In this document: positions 23,302 through 35,701 of the stretch, in pieces | How the letters are laid out: every line of letters starts with the position of its first letter | Position numbering within the stretch: position 1 is the stretch's first letter | Source: Nemertoderma westbladi | Taxonomy: Eukaryota > Animalia > Xenacoelomorpha | Length of the DNA stretch: 50,020 bases | Direction of reading: 5' to 3' | Assembly: GCA_032718475.1 (NCBI GenBank) | Contig: JAUCBJ010002554.1 | Span: 1-50,020, forward strand | The notes under the pieces: model-generated | What the model saw: the letters and a program-made list of their open reading frames with translations, nothing else | Told to the model about the DNA's origin: nothing | Databases searched by the model: none | Translations under genes and position numbers: made by a program

Positions 23302-24380
23302 GTTCCAATGATATAGACAAAGTTATGTTTAATAAAATAAGCGAAATAAGATATAAATACAAATTTAGTTGAATTGTACTAAATCTAACAAAATGTCTAC
23401 TGAACAGTTCCGAGCATGTAACTTTTTTCACTAATTTTTATACTTAAATAAAAACGAATACACATACAATAATCATTATAAATACTACTTATACCCCTTA
23501 TCCTTATATACCAATGGTTTAGTGTACAAGTAAAATTATTTTTTAATTATATAATAAATGGTTTATAGAAAATAACGGTATTTCATATTTTTAACTTTTC
23601 TGTTGTTTTCAAATGATCAGTTGTAAATGTACAACATGTAGACATTATAGAACAAATTATACGAAGAACACAATGTGTAGCTCTTATTTGTGACTCGAAC
23701 TAAATTGTAAACCTGAATTTGAATCCTATAAATGTAGATTAGATATGTAGCCATTGGATTGGATATTTCAAATTAGCATCTATTATTTTTAAGATAACTG
23801 TTTGTAAGTTATTGCCAAGAATATCACTATTAAACACACACACACCTAACAACAGTGGGTAAAACAATACTATTGAATTGTGTAGGGCAGTAAGGGTTAA
23901 TCTATCTACTTTACCTTTGATTGAATAACCGCCAGTCAACATAACCATAGCCTATGTATGTAAGTATACCTTCTATATGTCCGTGCCAATAAGAGCTAAT
24001 TGTTGGTAGGGTTGTTAGTAATACTATTGATATATTGTGGGGGATTATATTTTTTTTATAATTATTGCATTCATAGACAGATATTCCACACAAAGATCGA
24101 GAAATAATCCAGCACTCTATTCATTTGATCCTGAGGTTTTATAACTTTCAGTAATGACCATAGAAGGATTAGTTTTTGAATATCTCACAGATTATGTTGT
24201 ATTCTTGGATGTTGGAAAATGTTTTGCACCTAACCACTTAAATGCAAAAAAGAAGTAATGTAACAATAAAGTGCATTCTACAGATTCAACATTATCTATC
24301 TCCTGATACTGCATTGCTTTCTGCTGTCCCCAAACCAGATATTAAACATTAAAAAAACTGTCCATCTAAAAATTAATTGT

Positions 24381-25548
24381 TAGCAGTTTAACCTGCCAAA
24401 TTTAGGTGTCTTCTAGGTTATAAATCGACTTTAGCCTATAACAAGTATTTGATACACATAAAGTTACATTAGCCGAAGCCAGCCTATGCGCGATCATTCA
24501 CCCACGGTTAAGGGAGACTGGATTCGGATGCTCTGACCTTATTGCGGTGTAGACTTACTGTACTATTCGATTGATCGTTAATATATAATCTCTGACAAAT
24601 ATTATTCACTTTCGGGAAATATTAACAGTTCCTTTAGGACGTGGCGCTCTAAGTATGTAAACAGAGTTATGACTTACACTAAACACAACGGGATGGCTAA
24701 TGATTTTCGTATAAAGCGCATTCTTTAGGAAATGCTTTGTTATCTGTCACACTCATGCACAATACCTCACACTGCTGCACACTGATCTGCCGACCTTCAC
24801 TAAATTTGATCATATATAAGGAGAACAGCAACTGACACATGTAGGGTCTATGAAATAGCATTCAATTCACTGCAAAACCACTATAATGTAAGTCGCAATT
24901 GCTATATGTAACCGGTCTCTCTAACCTTCAGTATATCAAGAAGATTGGGGTTTTATGATTATTTATCGATATTCTCCAAATACAACAACATATCCATCAA
25001 CTTCTAACAATTAATAACCGACAGTAAATAGCAGTAAAATAATGCGGTGAAAGGTATGTATAGTATGATATGCTGAGTTGATGTGACTTGACTTGCGATA
25101 ACAGTTATACGTTTCTATAATCAAAGCCGTTCTAATGTTTGGCTAAAGTCTGAAACACAGAATAATTCCAAAGCCGATGTTCTGGGCTCAGGAAAAAAGG
25201 TAAACAAAGACCATAATGCATTGCGCGATCTTCCGTAGGCTTCTGTACAAGATAAAATGAAAATCGCTCTGATTGGTCGAGCGAGCCGAACAAAGAAAGC
25301 GAAAAAGCTCCACATCGACATATCAGCTGATAGATGTCGTCATCTGAACTACACTGTATTAAGAGTATTTTGGCGTATTGCGGCATAAAATGGCTTGTTA
25401 TGTCCGCTAAAGTACACATACAGAAAAAATGGCTTTTTATGTCCACTAAAACACCTACACAGTAAGAAAACGGCTTTTTATGTCCGCTAAAACACCTACA
25501 GAGTACTTTGCGGGGAAAATGACTAGCTAGATCCGCAAAAGCCTTTAC
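24381..25548. mobile_element. Uninterrupted copy 2 of the unclassified interspersed repeat, 9-bp flanking direct repeat
   Basis: Homologous to 125-800 plus 5720-5932. attaattgt at 24372-24380 and 25549-25557. No obvious TIR. Confidence 0.7.
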
Positions 25549-26445
25549 ATTAATTGTCCAAAGCCATTAAATTTTTATTATTACACAAAAGTGATCTTTA
25601 ATAATAAAGCAATCAGTCATCCCCCCTCTCCATCTTTTCTGATCAAAAGGCTGCAGTTCTTGTTATTAGCTACCGGTAGCTTTGTACAACACATTACCAA
25701 TAATAAGATAAGATAGTAAGAATAGTAAGATAGTAAGAATCTAATAATAAGATAATAAGATGCAGATATTTATTTATGGTAATTTTAATTTAACAAACAT
25801 CTGGCGGAACTGGTGAGATGGTAAAATATAAGGTTTTAACAAATTAAAATAATTGAAGAATTAATGATGGTTAATGCAGAAAGAAAATAATACAATGTAA
25901 GAAAAAACAATAACATTAATTAAGGAAAAAATTTCATAAATTGTTATTATTTCATCTAGAATTTAATGTGGATTTCAAATCTGAAAACCGCAAAGAGAGA
26001 TCTCTTTTAGTTCTTTAGTTATCCTGGAATATCTGGCAGTCAATCTTTCTGTCAAAATGTAAGAAAGACAGACAGACAACCTACCGACGGACAGACTAGA
26101 TTCCACCAAAAATTAAACCGACAATGGAAATGAAGTCAGCGTCCCCGAAATCACCCGAAATTATAATTTTAGCTCGGTGGTTTGCTTCCTTCCTGTCAGA
26201 CACTATAAGGTAATTTTGCGCGGGAAAGTTTGAATTTTGGAGATAATTATCTCTGAATGACATTTAATCACACGAAAAATACTATTCCTCCACCATTTCA
26301 TAACCGTTTTGGGCAATTTTTTATTTATATGAAAGGTAATTTTATAGGCTTTAATCAATTTCAACCAGTTTTCTGAATTTCATAATATTTTCCCACTTTT
26401 TTTTATGAAAAATTAGAAACAACGTGGGGTGTTAAATTTTTACTA

Positions 26446-26632
26446 ATTTCTCTCGATATTTTTACTCTCAAAATTTTTAGACTCGATATATTTTACTCTC
26501 GATATTTTAACTCTCGATATTTTTACTCTCGTTATTTTTACTCTCGATATTTTTACTCTCAAAATTTTTAGACTCGATATCTTACTCTCGATATTTTTAC
26601 TCTCGATATTTTTACTCTCGATATTTTTATTC
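26446..26632. repeat. 15-bp tandem repeat (tttttactctcgata) about x12
   Basis: Read directly. Abuts the RTE 3' tail. Confidence 0.85.
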
Positions 26633-26633
26633 T

Positions 26634-28530
26634 CTACTACTACTACGAGGATCGGCATGCTGCATTGCAGCTGCATTTTTAAGAATGCTGTGCCGGCGTG
26701 TCGACAAAATTGCGCCGCCACAACTCCCTATCACCCATGACATTTGCTAGATCATCCGTTCTTCAAGGACAGTGTCGTTTAAGATGCCTCTCAAGAAAGT
26801 CATGGGCTGTCCACCGTGCTTATTCACTCCATGAGGCTGCCAAAGCACAAGATTATTCACTGGCTGGTCCTCACGGCGAAAGCAATGTCCTGCAAAGCGG
26901 AGGCGACTTTGTTGTAGCGTCAAGCTTACCGGCGTAACATTCTTGTGAATGTGCCATAGAGCAGTACTGGAACTACTGCTGCTCTAAATAATCGGACCTT
27001 AAGTTTCCAATTAATTCTCTGTGACTTCCAAATCCTGGAAAGCATATTCAAGGCTGCCCATGCCTTTCCCTTACGTATTCGAAGGTCCTCACCTGACTTC
27101 CGGATCCATGATCGCAGGTAACAGAAGTCGTCCACATGCTCAAGCATACCATCCTTTGAGCTTATGCTCATCTGGTCAGAAACTTGCTGAGGACTTTCAA
27201 AGTTAACTGTCAAAATTTTGGTCTTTTTGGAGTTAATAAAGAGACCAACACTAGAATCAGCATGTTCTAATGAGCTGAGGAGCCGTTGGGCTCCCTCTAG
27301 TGATTCTGAGAGTACTCCTAAGTCATCAGCAAAGTCTAGATCAGTTAGGTACTTGGCAGGATTTCCTCGACTTCTGGAGCCAATAGATGGAGTTACCATC
27401 ACCCCTTCATCATTGTGATGATCTAAGGACATGCGTAGAACATAGTCAACCACAATTATGAACAAGAATGGCGCAAGTGTGTCTCCTTGCAGGACTCCCC
27501 ATAATTTTTTATAAATAATATTTTGATAACTCTTCAATTATCCTTCTAAGTGCCACAATGGGCTCCATGGTCCAACAACCTTTACGGAACCCATTCTGAT
27601 TTCCACGGAGCAGTCTCTCAATGGGATCCCTGGTGCGATTTAATAGAATTCTATTGTATAGCTTTGCAGCAATCCAGATTAATGAGATTCCCCGAAAAGA
27701 ACCATAGAGTGTTAGGTTACCCTTCTTGGGAACTGGCACCAACTTATTTGTTTTCATTTCTTGTGGGACTCTTGTTGTTCTGTACATGACTACTATGATG
27801 GGATAGATGAGCTTTAAACACTCAGGTACTTTAAAGACCTTAGGGGGAACACCATCTACTCCACTGGTACGATTGGTCTTAATGCTCTTTGCAGCAGTCT
27901 TTACTTCTGCAAAGGAGATATCGCCAATGGGAATATCTGGGAGTTGAGACTCAGACAGTTTTACTTCTATAAAGTTATCAGGTAATACCCTGTCATTATT
28001 GAGGAGCTTTTCAAAGTGGGCCTTCCAACCATTGAGGCGATCGGCTGGTGATTCAGCCTTAACCTTGGTGGTTGGTTGGCTTTTCCGCCCAGTAAGCAGA
28101 TTGATCGATTTCCATGCCTGGGATGATTGCCTGCTGTCGTCAGCATCATTGATGGCATCAACCTGTTGGTTTATTAGCTCCTGTAGATTAGCAGAGTACT
28201 GCCTGTTCAGGGACCTAGATGCAGCCTTAACTGCATTCTTAACTGTAGTCTGTTTGAGTCGGGACTCTTTCTGCGCCTTATGAAGGTCATTTCGGCACTT
28301 CTGAATTTTGTTGTCAGTCCAGGGGGCCCTTTTCCTGTTTCGAGGGTATACAGGAACTGTTTCTGCAGCTGCTAACTTAACTGCTTCTGTAAAGGCAGTA
28401 TAGCCCTCACAGTGATCTGCCGCCTCAGAGGCAAGAGCCTCATACCTGTTGCTCAGCTGTAGTGTGAAGCTGGATCTCACACTTGGCTGTTGCAACAGAG
28501 AGGACCAGTCATGCCGCGGCAAGGCAGATT
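26634..28530 (-). mobile_element. 5'-truncated, internally deleted RTE-clade LINE (RT pseudogene)
   Basis: VPVPKKGNL...FRGISL...AAKLYNRILLNR...NQNGFRKG (27509-28522), then a frameshift/deletion to GVLQGDTLAPFLF, LDFADD, KVRLFRAAV..VLLYG (26926-27537). Short (GTA)n tail at about 26634-26646. Confidence 0.9.
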
Positions 28531-28789
28531 TTCACGTTTTGTAACAGCATGACTAGTCTATTATAAACACCTTCTAATAACACTGAATTATTACTAATCC
28601 AACTTTCTGCACCGTAAATAACTTTCGCTACCACAGACGCTTCAAATACTTACTTCTTAAACCGTAAAGGGTGGCGTGTTTTGCCCGGGCGAAAAAATTG
28701 CAAATATAATAATCGCGTTTGTTAGAGAAACCCAAATATATTTGTCTGGAATCCATGTTGTACATGTACACTGTGTGGAGGTTCTAACA

Positions 28790-31700
28790 GGGAGCAACTA
28801 GTTTCTGTAACTTGTTGCAGGACTCCTCACACACAGAAACTTGTTGCTGGACCCCCTCACACACAGAAACTTGTTGCTGGACTCCTCACACACAGAAACT
28901 AGTTGCTGGAACTTTCCGAAACTTGTTTCTGTGTGTGAGGAGTCCTGCAACAAGTTTCTGTGTGTGAGGAGTCCAGCAACAAGTTTCTGTGTGTGAGGAG
29001 TCCAGCAACAAGTTTATGTGTGTGAGGAGTCCAGCAACAAGTTTCTGTGTGTGAGGAGTCCAGCAACAAGTTTATGTGTGTGAGGGAGTCCAGCAACAAG
29101 TTTATGTGTGTGAGGAGTCCAGCAACAAGTTTATGTGTGTGAGGGGGTCCAGCAACAAGTTTCTGTGTGTGAGGAGTCCAGCAACAAGTTTATGTGTGTG
29201 AGGGGGTCCAGCAACAAGTTTATGTGTGTGAGGAGGTCCAGCAACAAGTTTATGTGTGCGAGGAGTCCAGCAACAAGTTTCTGTGTGTGAGGAGTCCAGC
29301 AACAAGTTTATGTGTGTGAGGGGGTCCAGCAACAAGTTTCTGTGTGTGAGGAGTCCAGCAACAAGTTTATGTGTGTGAGGGGGTCCAGCAACAAGTTTAT
29401 GTGTGTGAGGAGGTCCAGCAACAAGTTTATGTGTGCGAGGAGTCCAGCAACAAGTTTATGTGTGCGAGGAGTCCAGCAACAAGTTTCTGTGTGTGAGGAG
29501 TCCAGCAACAAGTTTCTGGGTGTGAGGAGTCCAGCAACAAGTTTCTGTGTGTGAGGAGTCCAGCAACAAGTTTATGTGTGTGAGGAGTCCAGCAACAAGT
29601 TTCTGTGTGTGAGGGAGTCCAGCAACAAGTTTCTGGGTGTGAGGAGTCCAGCAACAAGTTTCTGTGTGTGAGGAGTCCAGCAACAAGTTTATGTGTGTGA
29701 GGAGTCCAGCAACAAGTTTCTGTGTGTGAGGAGTCCAGCAACAAGTTTCTGTGTGTGAGGAGTCCAGCAACTAGTTTCTGTGTGTGAGGGAGTCCAGCAA
29801 CAAGTTTCTGGGTGTGAGGAGTCCAGCAACAAGTTTCTGTGTGTGAGGAGTCCAGCAACAAGTTTATGTGTGTGAGGAGTCCAGCAACAAGTTTCTGTGT
29901 GTGAGGAGTCCAGCAACAAGTTTCTGTGTGTGAGGGAGTCCAGCAACAAGTTTATGTGTGTGAGGAGTCCAGCAACAAGTTTATGTGTGTGAGGAGTCCA
30001 GCAACAAGTTTCTGTGTGTGAGGAGTCCAGCAACAAGTTTCTGTGTGTGAGGGAGTCCAGCAACAAGTTTCTGTGTGTGAGGAGTCCAGCAACAAGTTTA
30101 TGTGTGTGAGGGGGTCCAGCAACAAGTTTATGTGTGTGAGGAGTCCAGCAACAAGTTTCTGTGTGTGAGGAGTCCAGCAACAAGTTTATGTGTGTGAGGA
30201 GTCCAGCAACAAGTTTCTGTGTGTGAGGGGGTCCAGCAACAAGTTTCTGTGTGTGAGGGAGTCCAGCAACAAGTTTCTGTGTGTGAGGAGTCCAGCAACA
30301 AGTTTATGTGTGTGAGGGGGTCCAGCAACAAGTTTCCCACGTGTGAGGAGTCCAGCAACAAGTTTGTGTGTGTGAGGAGTCCAGCAACAAGTTTCTGTGT
30401 GTGAGGGAGTCCAGCAACAAGTTTCTGTGTGTGAGGAGTCCAGCAACAAGTTTATGTGTGTGAGGGGGTCCAGCAACAAGTTTATGTGTGTGAGGAGTCC
30501 AGCAACAAGTTTCTGTGTGTGAGGAGTCCAGCAACAAGTTTATGTGTGTGAGGAGTCCAGCAACAAGTTTATGTGTGTGAGGGGGTCCAGCAACAAGTTT
30601 ATGTGTGTGATGAGTCCAGCAACAAGTTTATGTGTGTGAGGAGTCCAGCAACAAGTTTCTGTGTGTGAGGAGTCCAGCAACAAGTTTATGTGTGTGAGGA
30701 GTCCAGCAACAAGTTTATGTGTGTGAGGGGGTCCAGCAACAAGTTTATGTGTGTGAGGAGTCCAGCAACAAGTTTCTGTGTGTGAGGAGTCCAGCAACAA
30801 GTTTATGTGTGTGAGGAGTCCAGCAACAAGTTTATGTGTGTGAGGAGGTCCAGCAACAAGTTTATGTGTGTGAGGAGTCCAGCAACAAGTTTATGTGTGT
30901 GAGGAGTCCAGCAACAAGTTTATGTGTGTGAGGAGTCCAGCAACAAGTTTATGTGTGTGAGGAGTCCAGCAACAAGTTTCTGTGTGTGAGGAGTCCAGCA
31001 ACAAGTTTCTGTGTGTGAGGAGTCCAGCAACAAGTTTATGTGTGTGAGGAGTCCAGCAACAAGTTTATGTGTGTGAGGAGTCCAGCAACAAGTTTATGTG
31101 TGTGAGGAGTCCAGCAACAAGTTTGTGTGTGTGAGGAGTCCAGCAACAAGTTTATGTGTGTGAGGGGGTCCAGCAACAAGTTTATGTGTGTGAGGAGTCC
31201 AGCAACAAGTTTATGTGTGTGAGGAGTCCAGCAACAAGTTTATGTGTGTGAGGAGTCCAGCAACAAGTTTATGTGTGTGAGGGGGTCCAGCAACAAGTTT
31301 ATGTGTGTGAGGAGTCCAGCAACAAGTTTCTGTGTGTGAGGAGTCCAGCAACAAGTTTCTGTGTGTGAGGAGTCCAGCAACAAGTTTATGTGTGTGAGGG
31401 GTCCAGCAACAAGTTTATGTGTGTGAGGAGTCCAGCAACAAGTTTCTGTGTGTGAGGAGTCCAGCAACTAGTTTCTGTGTGTGAGGAGTCCAGCAACTAG
31501 TTTCTGTGTGTGAGGAGTCCAGCAACAAGTTTCTGTGTGTGAGGAGTCCAGCAACTAGTTTCTGTGTGTGAGGAGTCCAGCAACAATTTTCTGTGTGTGA
31601 GGAGTCCAGCAACAAGTTTATGTGTGTGAGGAGTCCAGCAACAAGTTTCTGTGTGTGAGGAGTCCAGCAACAAGTTTCTGTGTGTGAGGAGTCCAGCAAC

Positions 31701-32695
31701 AAGTTTATGTGTGTGAGGAGTCCAGCAACAAGTTTATGTGTGTGAGGAGTCCAGCAACAAGTTTATGTGTGTGAGGAGTCCAGCAACAAGTTTGTGTGTG
31801 TGAGGAGTCCAGCAACAAGTTTATGTGTGTGAGGGGGTCCAGCAACAAGTTTATGTGTGTGAGGAGTCCAGCAACAAGTTTATGTGTGTGAGGAGTCCAG
31901 CAACAAGTTTATGTGTGTGAGGAGTCCAGCAACAAGTTTCTGTGTGTGAGGAGTCCAGCAACTAGTTTCTGTGTGTGAGGAGTCCAGCAACTAGTTTCTG
32001 TGTGTGAGGAGTCCAGCAACAAGTTTCTGTGTGTGAGGAGTCCAGCAACTAGTTTCTGTGTGTGAGGAGTCCAGCAACTAGTTTCTGTGTGTGAGGAGTC
32101 CAGCAACAAGTTTCTGTGTGTGAGGAGTCCAGCAACTAGTTTCTGTGTGTGAGGAGTCCAGCAACTAGTTTCTGTGTGTGAGGAGTCCAGCAACAAGTTT
32201 CTGTGTGTGAGGAGTCCAGCAACTAGTTTCTGTGTGTGAGGAGTCCAGCAACAATTTTCTGTGTGTGAGGAGTCCAGCAACAATTTTCTGTGTGTGAGGA
32301 GTCCAGCAACAAGTTTCTGTGTGTGAGGAGTCCAGCAACAAGTTTCTGTGTGTGAGGAGTCCAGCAACAAGTTTATGTGTGTGAGGGGTCCAGCAACAAG
32401 TTTATGTGTGTGAGGAGTCCAGCAACAAGTTTCTGTGTGTGAGGAGTCCAGCAACTAGTTTCTGTGTGTGAGGAGTCCAGCAACTAGTTTCTGTGTGTGA
32501 GGAGTCCAGCAACAAGTTTATGTGTGTGAGGGGGTCCAGCAACAAGTTTCTGTGTGTGAGGAGTCCAGCAACTAGTTTCTGTGTGTGAGGAGTCCAGCAA
32601 CAAGTTTATGTGTGTGAGGGAGTCCAGCAACAAGTTTCTGTGTGTGAGGAGTCCAGCAAACAAGTTTCAGAAATAAGTTGATCCGCGTGAGGGGG
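28790..32695. repeat. About 3.9-kb 29/30-bp satellite (gtgtgtgaggagtccagcaacaagtttct, roughly 125-130 copies) inside a TIR-bounded MITE-like element
   Basis: About 3.5 inverted units at 28810-28910 face the direct array 28925-32665. The ends agcaactagtttctgtaacttgttgc and gcaaacaagtttcagaaataagttgat are imperfect inverted repeats. Confidence 0.9.
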
Positions 32696-32767
32696 ACATA
32701 AAAGATAAAATCCTAGATTTCTGGAACTGGCGAAATATATAATCGACCGTTTAACTTCTGTTTTCAG

Positions 32768-32885
32768 AACAACATTCACTTCTGAGCAAACTCTGAACCT
32801 GGAGATAGAGTTCGAGCGAAGCGAGTACATATCGAGACCCAGAAGGTTCGAGATTGCAGAACTCCTTGAACTTACAGAAAATCAG
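32768..32885 (+). CDS. ro: rough-class homeobox gene, exon 2 (homeodomain residues 5-44)
   Basis: Acceptor ttttcag|A, donor CAG|gtaat. [39 protein letters not shown] carries the Rough-type motifs EQTLxLExEF and EYISRxRRFE. Confidence 0.92.
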
Positions 32886-33065
32886 GTAATTGATTATCTA
32901 ACATTCAGATAGTTATTGCAGATGTTAAATTATTAAATAAAATAAAATATGAATGCATTAAGAAAGAATCGATGTAGCAGTTGTACATTATTTAGTAATT
33001 ATAATTAGCTAATTAATAAAAAATTAATTAATTTACATAATCAATGGTCAACCGATTTGTTTCAG

Positions 33066-33230
33066 ATAAAAATTTGGTTCCAGAACAGGCGGGCAAAAGA
33101 CAAACGACTAGAAAAGATGCAATTTGATCAGCAATTTCGTTACATAAATTGGGCAAATGCATTCCAGAATCAATGTCCGGGTTTCGCATTGGAGAATAAT
33201 TCTACGACTCAATTAAAATATTATAATTAG
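33066..33230 (+). CDS. ro: rough-class homeobox gene, exon 3 (helix 3 plus C-terminus)
   Basis: Acceptor tttcag|[26 protein letters not shown]; RRAKDKRxEK is characteristic of Rough. TAG at 33228-33230. Confidence 0.92.
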   Translation: MKIWFQNRRAKDKRLEKMQFDQQFRYINWANAFQNQCPGFALENNSTTQLKYYN

Positions 33231-33462
33231 AAGTTGAAGTACTGGGTAGCTGTTGTGGTTTCATTACAGTATCGCACCGCTGTTTTTCAATATACAACAT
33301 AATATTGCATTTGTTATATAATATAAAACTATTTAATGTTTCATGTTAATTCTAATTATTCCACATCGTATTACATTTGACCATAACAATTCTATAATGT
33401 TGTCCATCATTTGTTGGCAATTAGTTTTACCACCCTCGGCAATCTCAAAAGGTAACATCCAA

Positions 33463-33528
33463 AATGTCAATCTGTGTGTCAATCTGTGTGTCAATCTGTG
33501 TGTCAAATGTGTGTCAATCTGTGTGTCA
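33463..33528. repeat. 12-bp tandem repeat (tgtcaatctgtg) about x5
   Basis: Read directly. Confidence 0.85.
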
Positions 33529-33583
33529 ATTAAATTATGACAGTATATTATTTATATTTAGTATTATTCCTTCCCGTGATGGG

Positions 33584-33815
33584 GTGTATGTGTGTATGTA
33601 TGTGTGTGTGTATGTGTGTATGTATGTATGTATGTGTGTATGTATGTATGTATGTGTGTATGTATGTATATATGTATGTGTGTATGTATGTATGTATGTA
33701 TGTGTGTATGTATGTATGTATGTGTGTATGTGTGTATGTATGTATGTATGTGTGTATGTATGTGTGTATGTATGTATGTATGTATGTATGTATGTATGTA
33801 TGTATGTATGTGTAT
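33584..33815. repeat. (TATG)n/(TG)n microsatellite
   Basis: Read directly. Confidence 0.95.
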
Positions 33816-34108
33816 AAATTTAACTGAATTTTAAAATTGTTTGTTTCAAAGATAAAATGCCACACGTGCCGTGCAGTCAAGCCAGGTCCTTATTGTAGTT
33901 ATATTAATATATTACATAAATATTTACATATAAATGCTACACAGCACTAGTTTATTTTGATAGTCTCGCTTCCTCTTATAGAAAACTCCTCGACCTTAGA
34001 CCCACATTGTGTAAAGTTGGTTTGTAAACAGTTGGTAAAGTAAAAATTGCAAACAGTTTAAAAAAATGATAAATTGGTCGGAAATCGACGGGCGGACATG
34101 TAAACATC

Positions 34109-34459
34109 TCAGTTTACTAGTTTATTTTTCGATAACTTTGATTCCACATTGTGGTGGACGATATGCCCGACACTGCTGTATGTTGACTTCGATTTGAGTA
34201 ACAATTTTTCCGGTTTCTTGGAAGGTTCCTCCACTGTTTTATTCTTCACTTTCCTCGACTCCAATAAACTTCCCGAGCTCTCCGATCTAATTGGCCTCGG
34301 TTTGGCGACTTCTGGGAGAGGTTTACTTTCTGGTATTGGTCGACAACCTTCAGTCTGATGACGACGTAGCCCCTGTTTCGGAGCCCCGTTCCCCGCAGTT
34401 GGAAAGTTTGGTAAACTCATTCTGGTCTGAAAGGGAGGACGTTTATGATGGCTCGTCAT
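34109..34459 (-). CDS. Possible exon or small gene, basic K/P/S-rich protein of unknown function
   Basis: Non-repetitive 116-codon ORF, more GC-rich than its flanks, preceded by AT-rich sequence ending ...ccgaag|ATG. No recognisable domain. Confidence 0.4.
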   Translation of the reverse strand: MTSHHKRPPFQTRMSLPNFPTAGNGAPKQGLRRHQTEGCRPIPESKPLPEVAKPRPIRSESSGSLLESRKVKNKTVEEPSKKPEKLLLKSKSTYSSVGHIVHHNVESKLSKNKLVN

Positions 34460-34905
34460 CTTCGGTTAAATAATATATAAATAATAGCCATGCAATAAAA
34501 TAATTCAACGATTAATATTTTATGGAAAGAATTAACAGTTTAAGCGTTAATCGTTAAACGTTTAAGTATTAATTTAAAACTTAAAGATGGAATACAATTC
34601 CCTTTAAAAACCCATTAAAACCTTAAAATAATATACAATGTACAACTCAACCACAATCACATCGTGCAGATGGATAATTCATTAATTATTGCAATGTCTT
34701 AACTCTGTTGCAATTTATCTTTAGACATAGGCAGTAATATACAAAACATTGGCCACAAACACAGTAACATAAATATATATTATCTTTGCCAATTCTTGAT
34801 TATTTTGATATGTATCCGCCTGTGGATGGTGTTGTTTCATTCCCAGAATAGAAACCCTCCAGGATTCTGGCATTTAATTCATTGTCGTACTACGAATAGT
34901 ATATA

Positions 34906-35701
34906 CACCATGACCCGTAATATAGTGTAATTTTCTGATGACACCCCCCCCCCCCCCCCCCAGATTTTTATACAAATCTTTATCATATTGCTTGAAATTT
35001 GAAACACAACTAGTTCCACTCACCATGGTTGTTACCATGAAGACGGAATTTTCGATTTTGCTTTTAAATTTTTTTTATAGTCGTTTTAAAAAAGTGTCTT
35101 TTGCGAAATCGAACCTTCCGTGTCATGGCCATTCTTCACATTAGTCGTAATTGTATCATATCATTAGAAAGCTAGTGGAAAGTTGAAAGAAAGTTATTTA
35201 TTTTATGAGTTGGTAGGAAACAGCGGAATGCCTATCCAATAGATCTAATATGTAGCTATTCATACATAAACAAAATGTTCCAGAACATCGTGTATTTATT
35301 AAATAGAATAAATGGCTTGCAGCGAACAATACTTCTTGCAATCTTTGAACTCCTATATCTCAGCTGTTTCTTAACGAAATTCAGACATTGTTACATATTT
35401 GGAATCCTTGCAACGCAAGCTTTCTATTGATGTGAAAAAATTACGACTAAAGTGAAGAATGGCAATGATACAGAGGGTGCGATTTCGAAAAAGACACTTT
35501 TTTAAAACGCTTATAAAAAATTTTTTAAGGCAAAATCGAAAATTTCGGCTTCATGGTAACAACCACGGTGAGTGGAACTAGTGGTGTTTCAAATTTCAAG
35601 CAATATGATAAAGATTTGTAGAAAAATCTGGGGAGGGGGGGGGGGGGGGGGGGTGGGTCCGTGTCATCAGAAAATGACATACTATATTACGGGTCATGGT
35701 G
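34906..35701. mobile_element. MITE with about 250-bp imperfect TIRs, TA target (Tc1/mariner-like)
   Basis: tata|caccatgacccgtaatatagt ... actatattacgggtcatggtg|tata. The inverted match continues to about 35150/35440. Confidence 0.85.

Noticed and set aside
28899-32830. CRISPR-like array, or the many LLDSSHTETCCW ORFs
   Set aside because: Units are head-to-tail with no unique spacers, there are no cas genes, and the context is eukaryotic. The ORFs are translations of a 29/30-bp satellite.
33464-33880. MYVC / HTYI ORFs
   Set aside because: Microsatellite translations.
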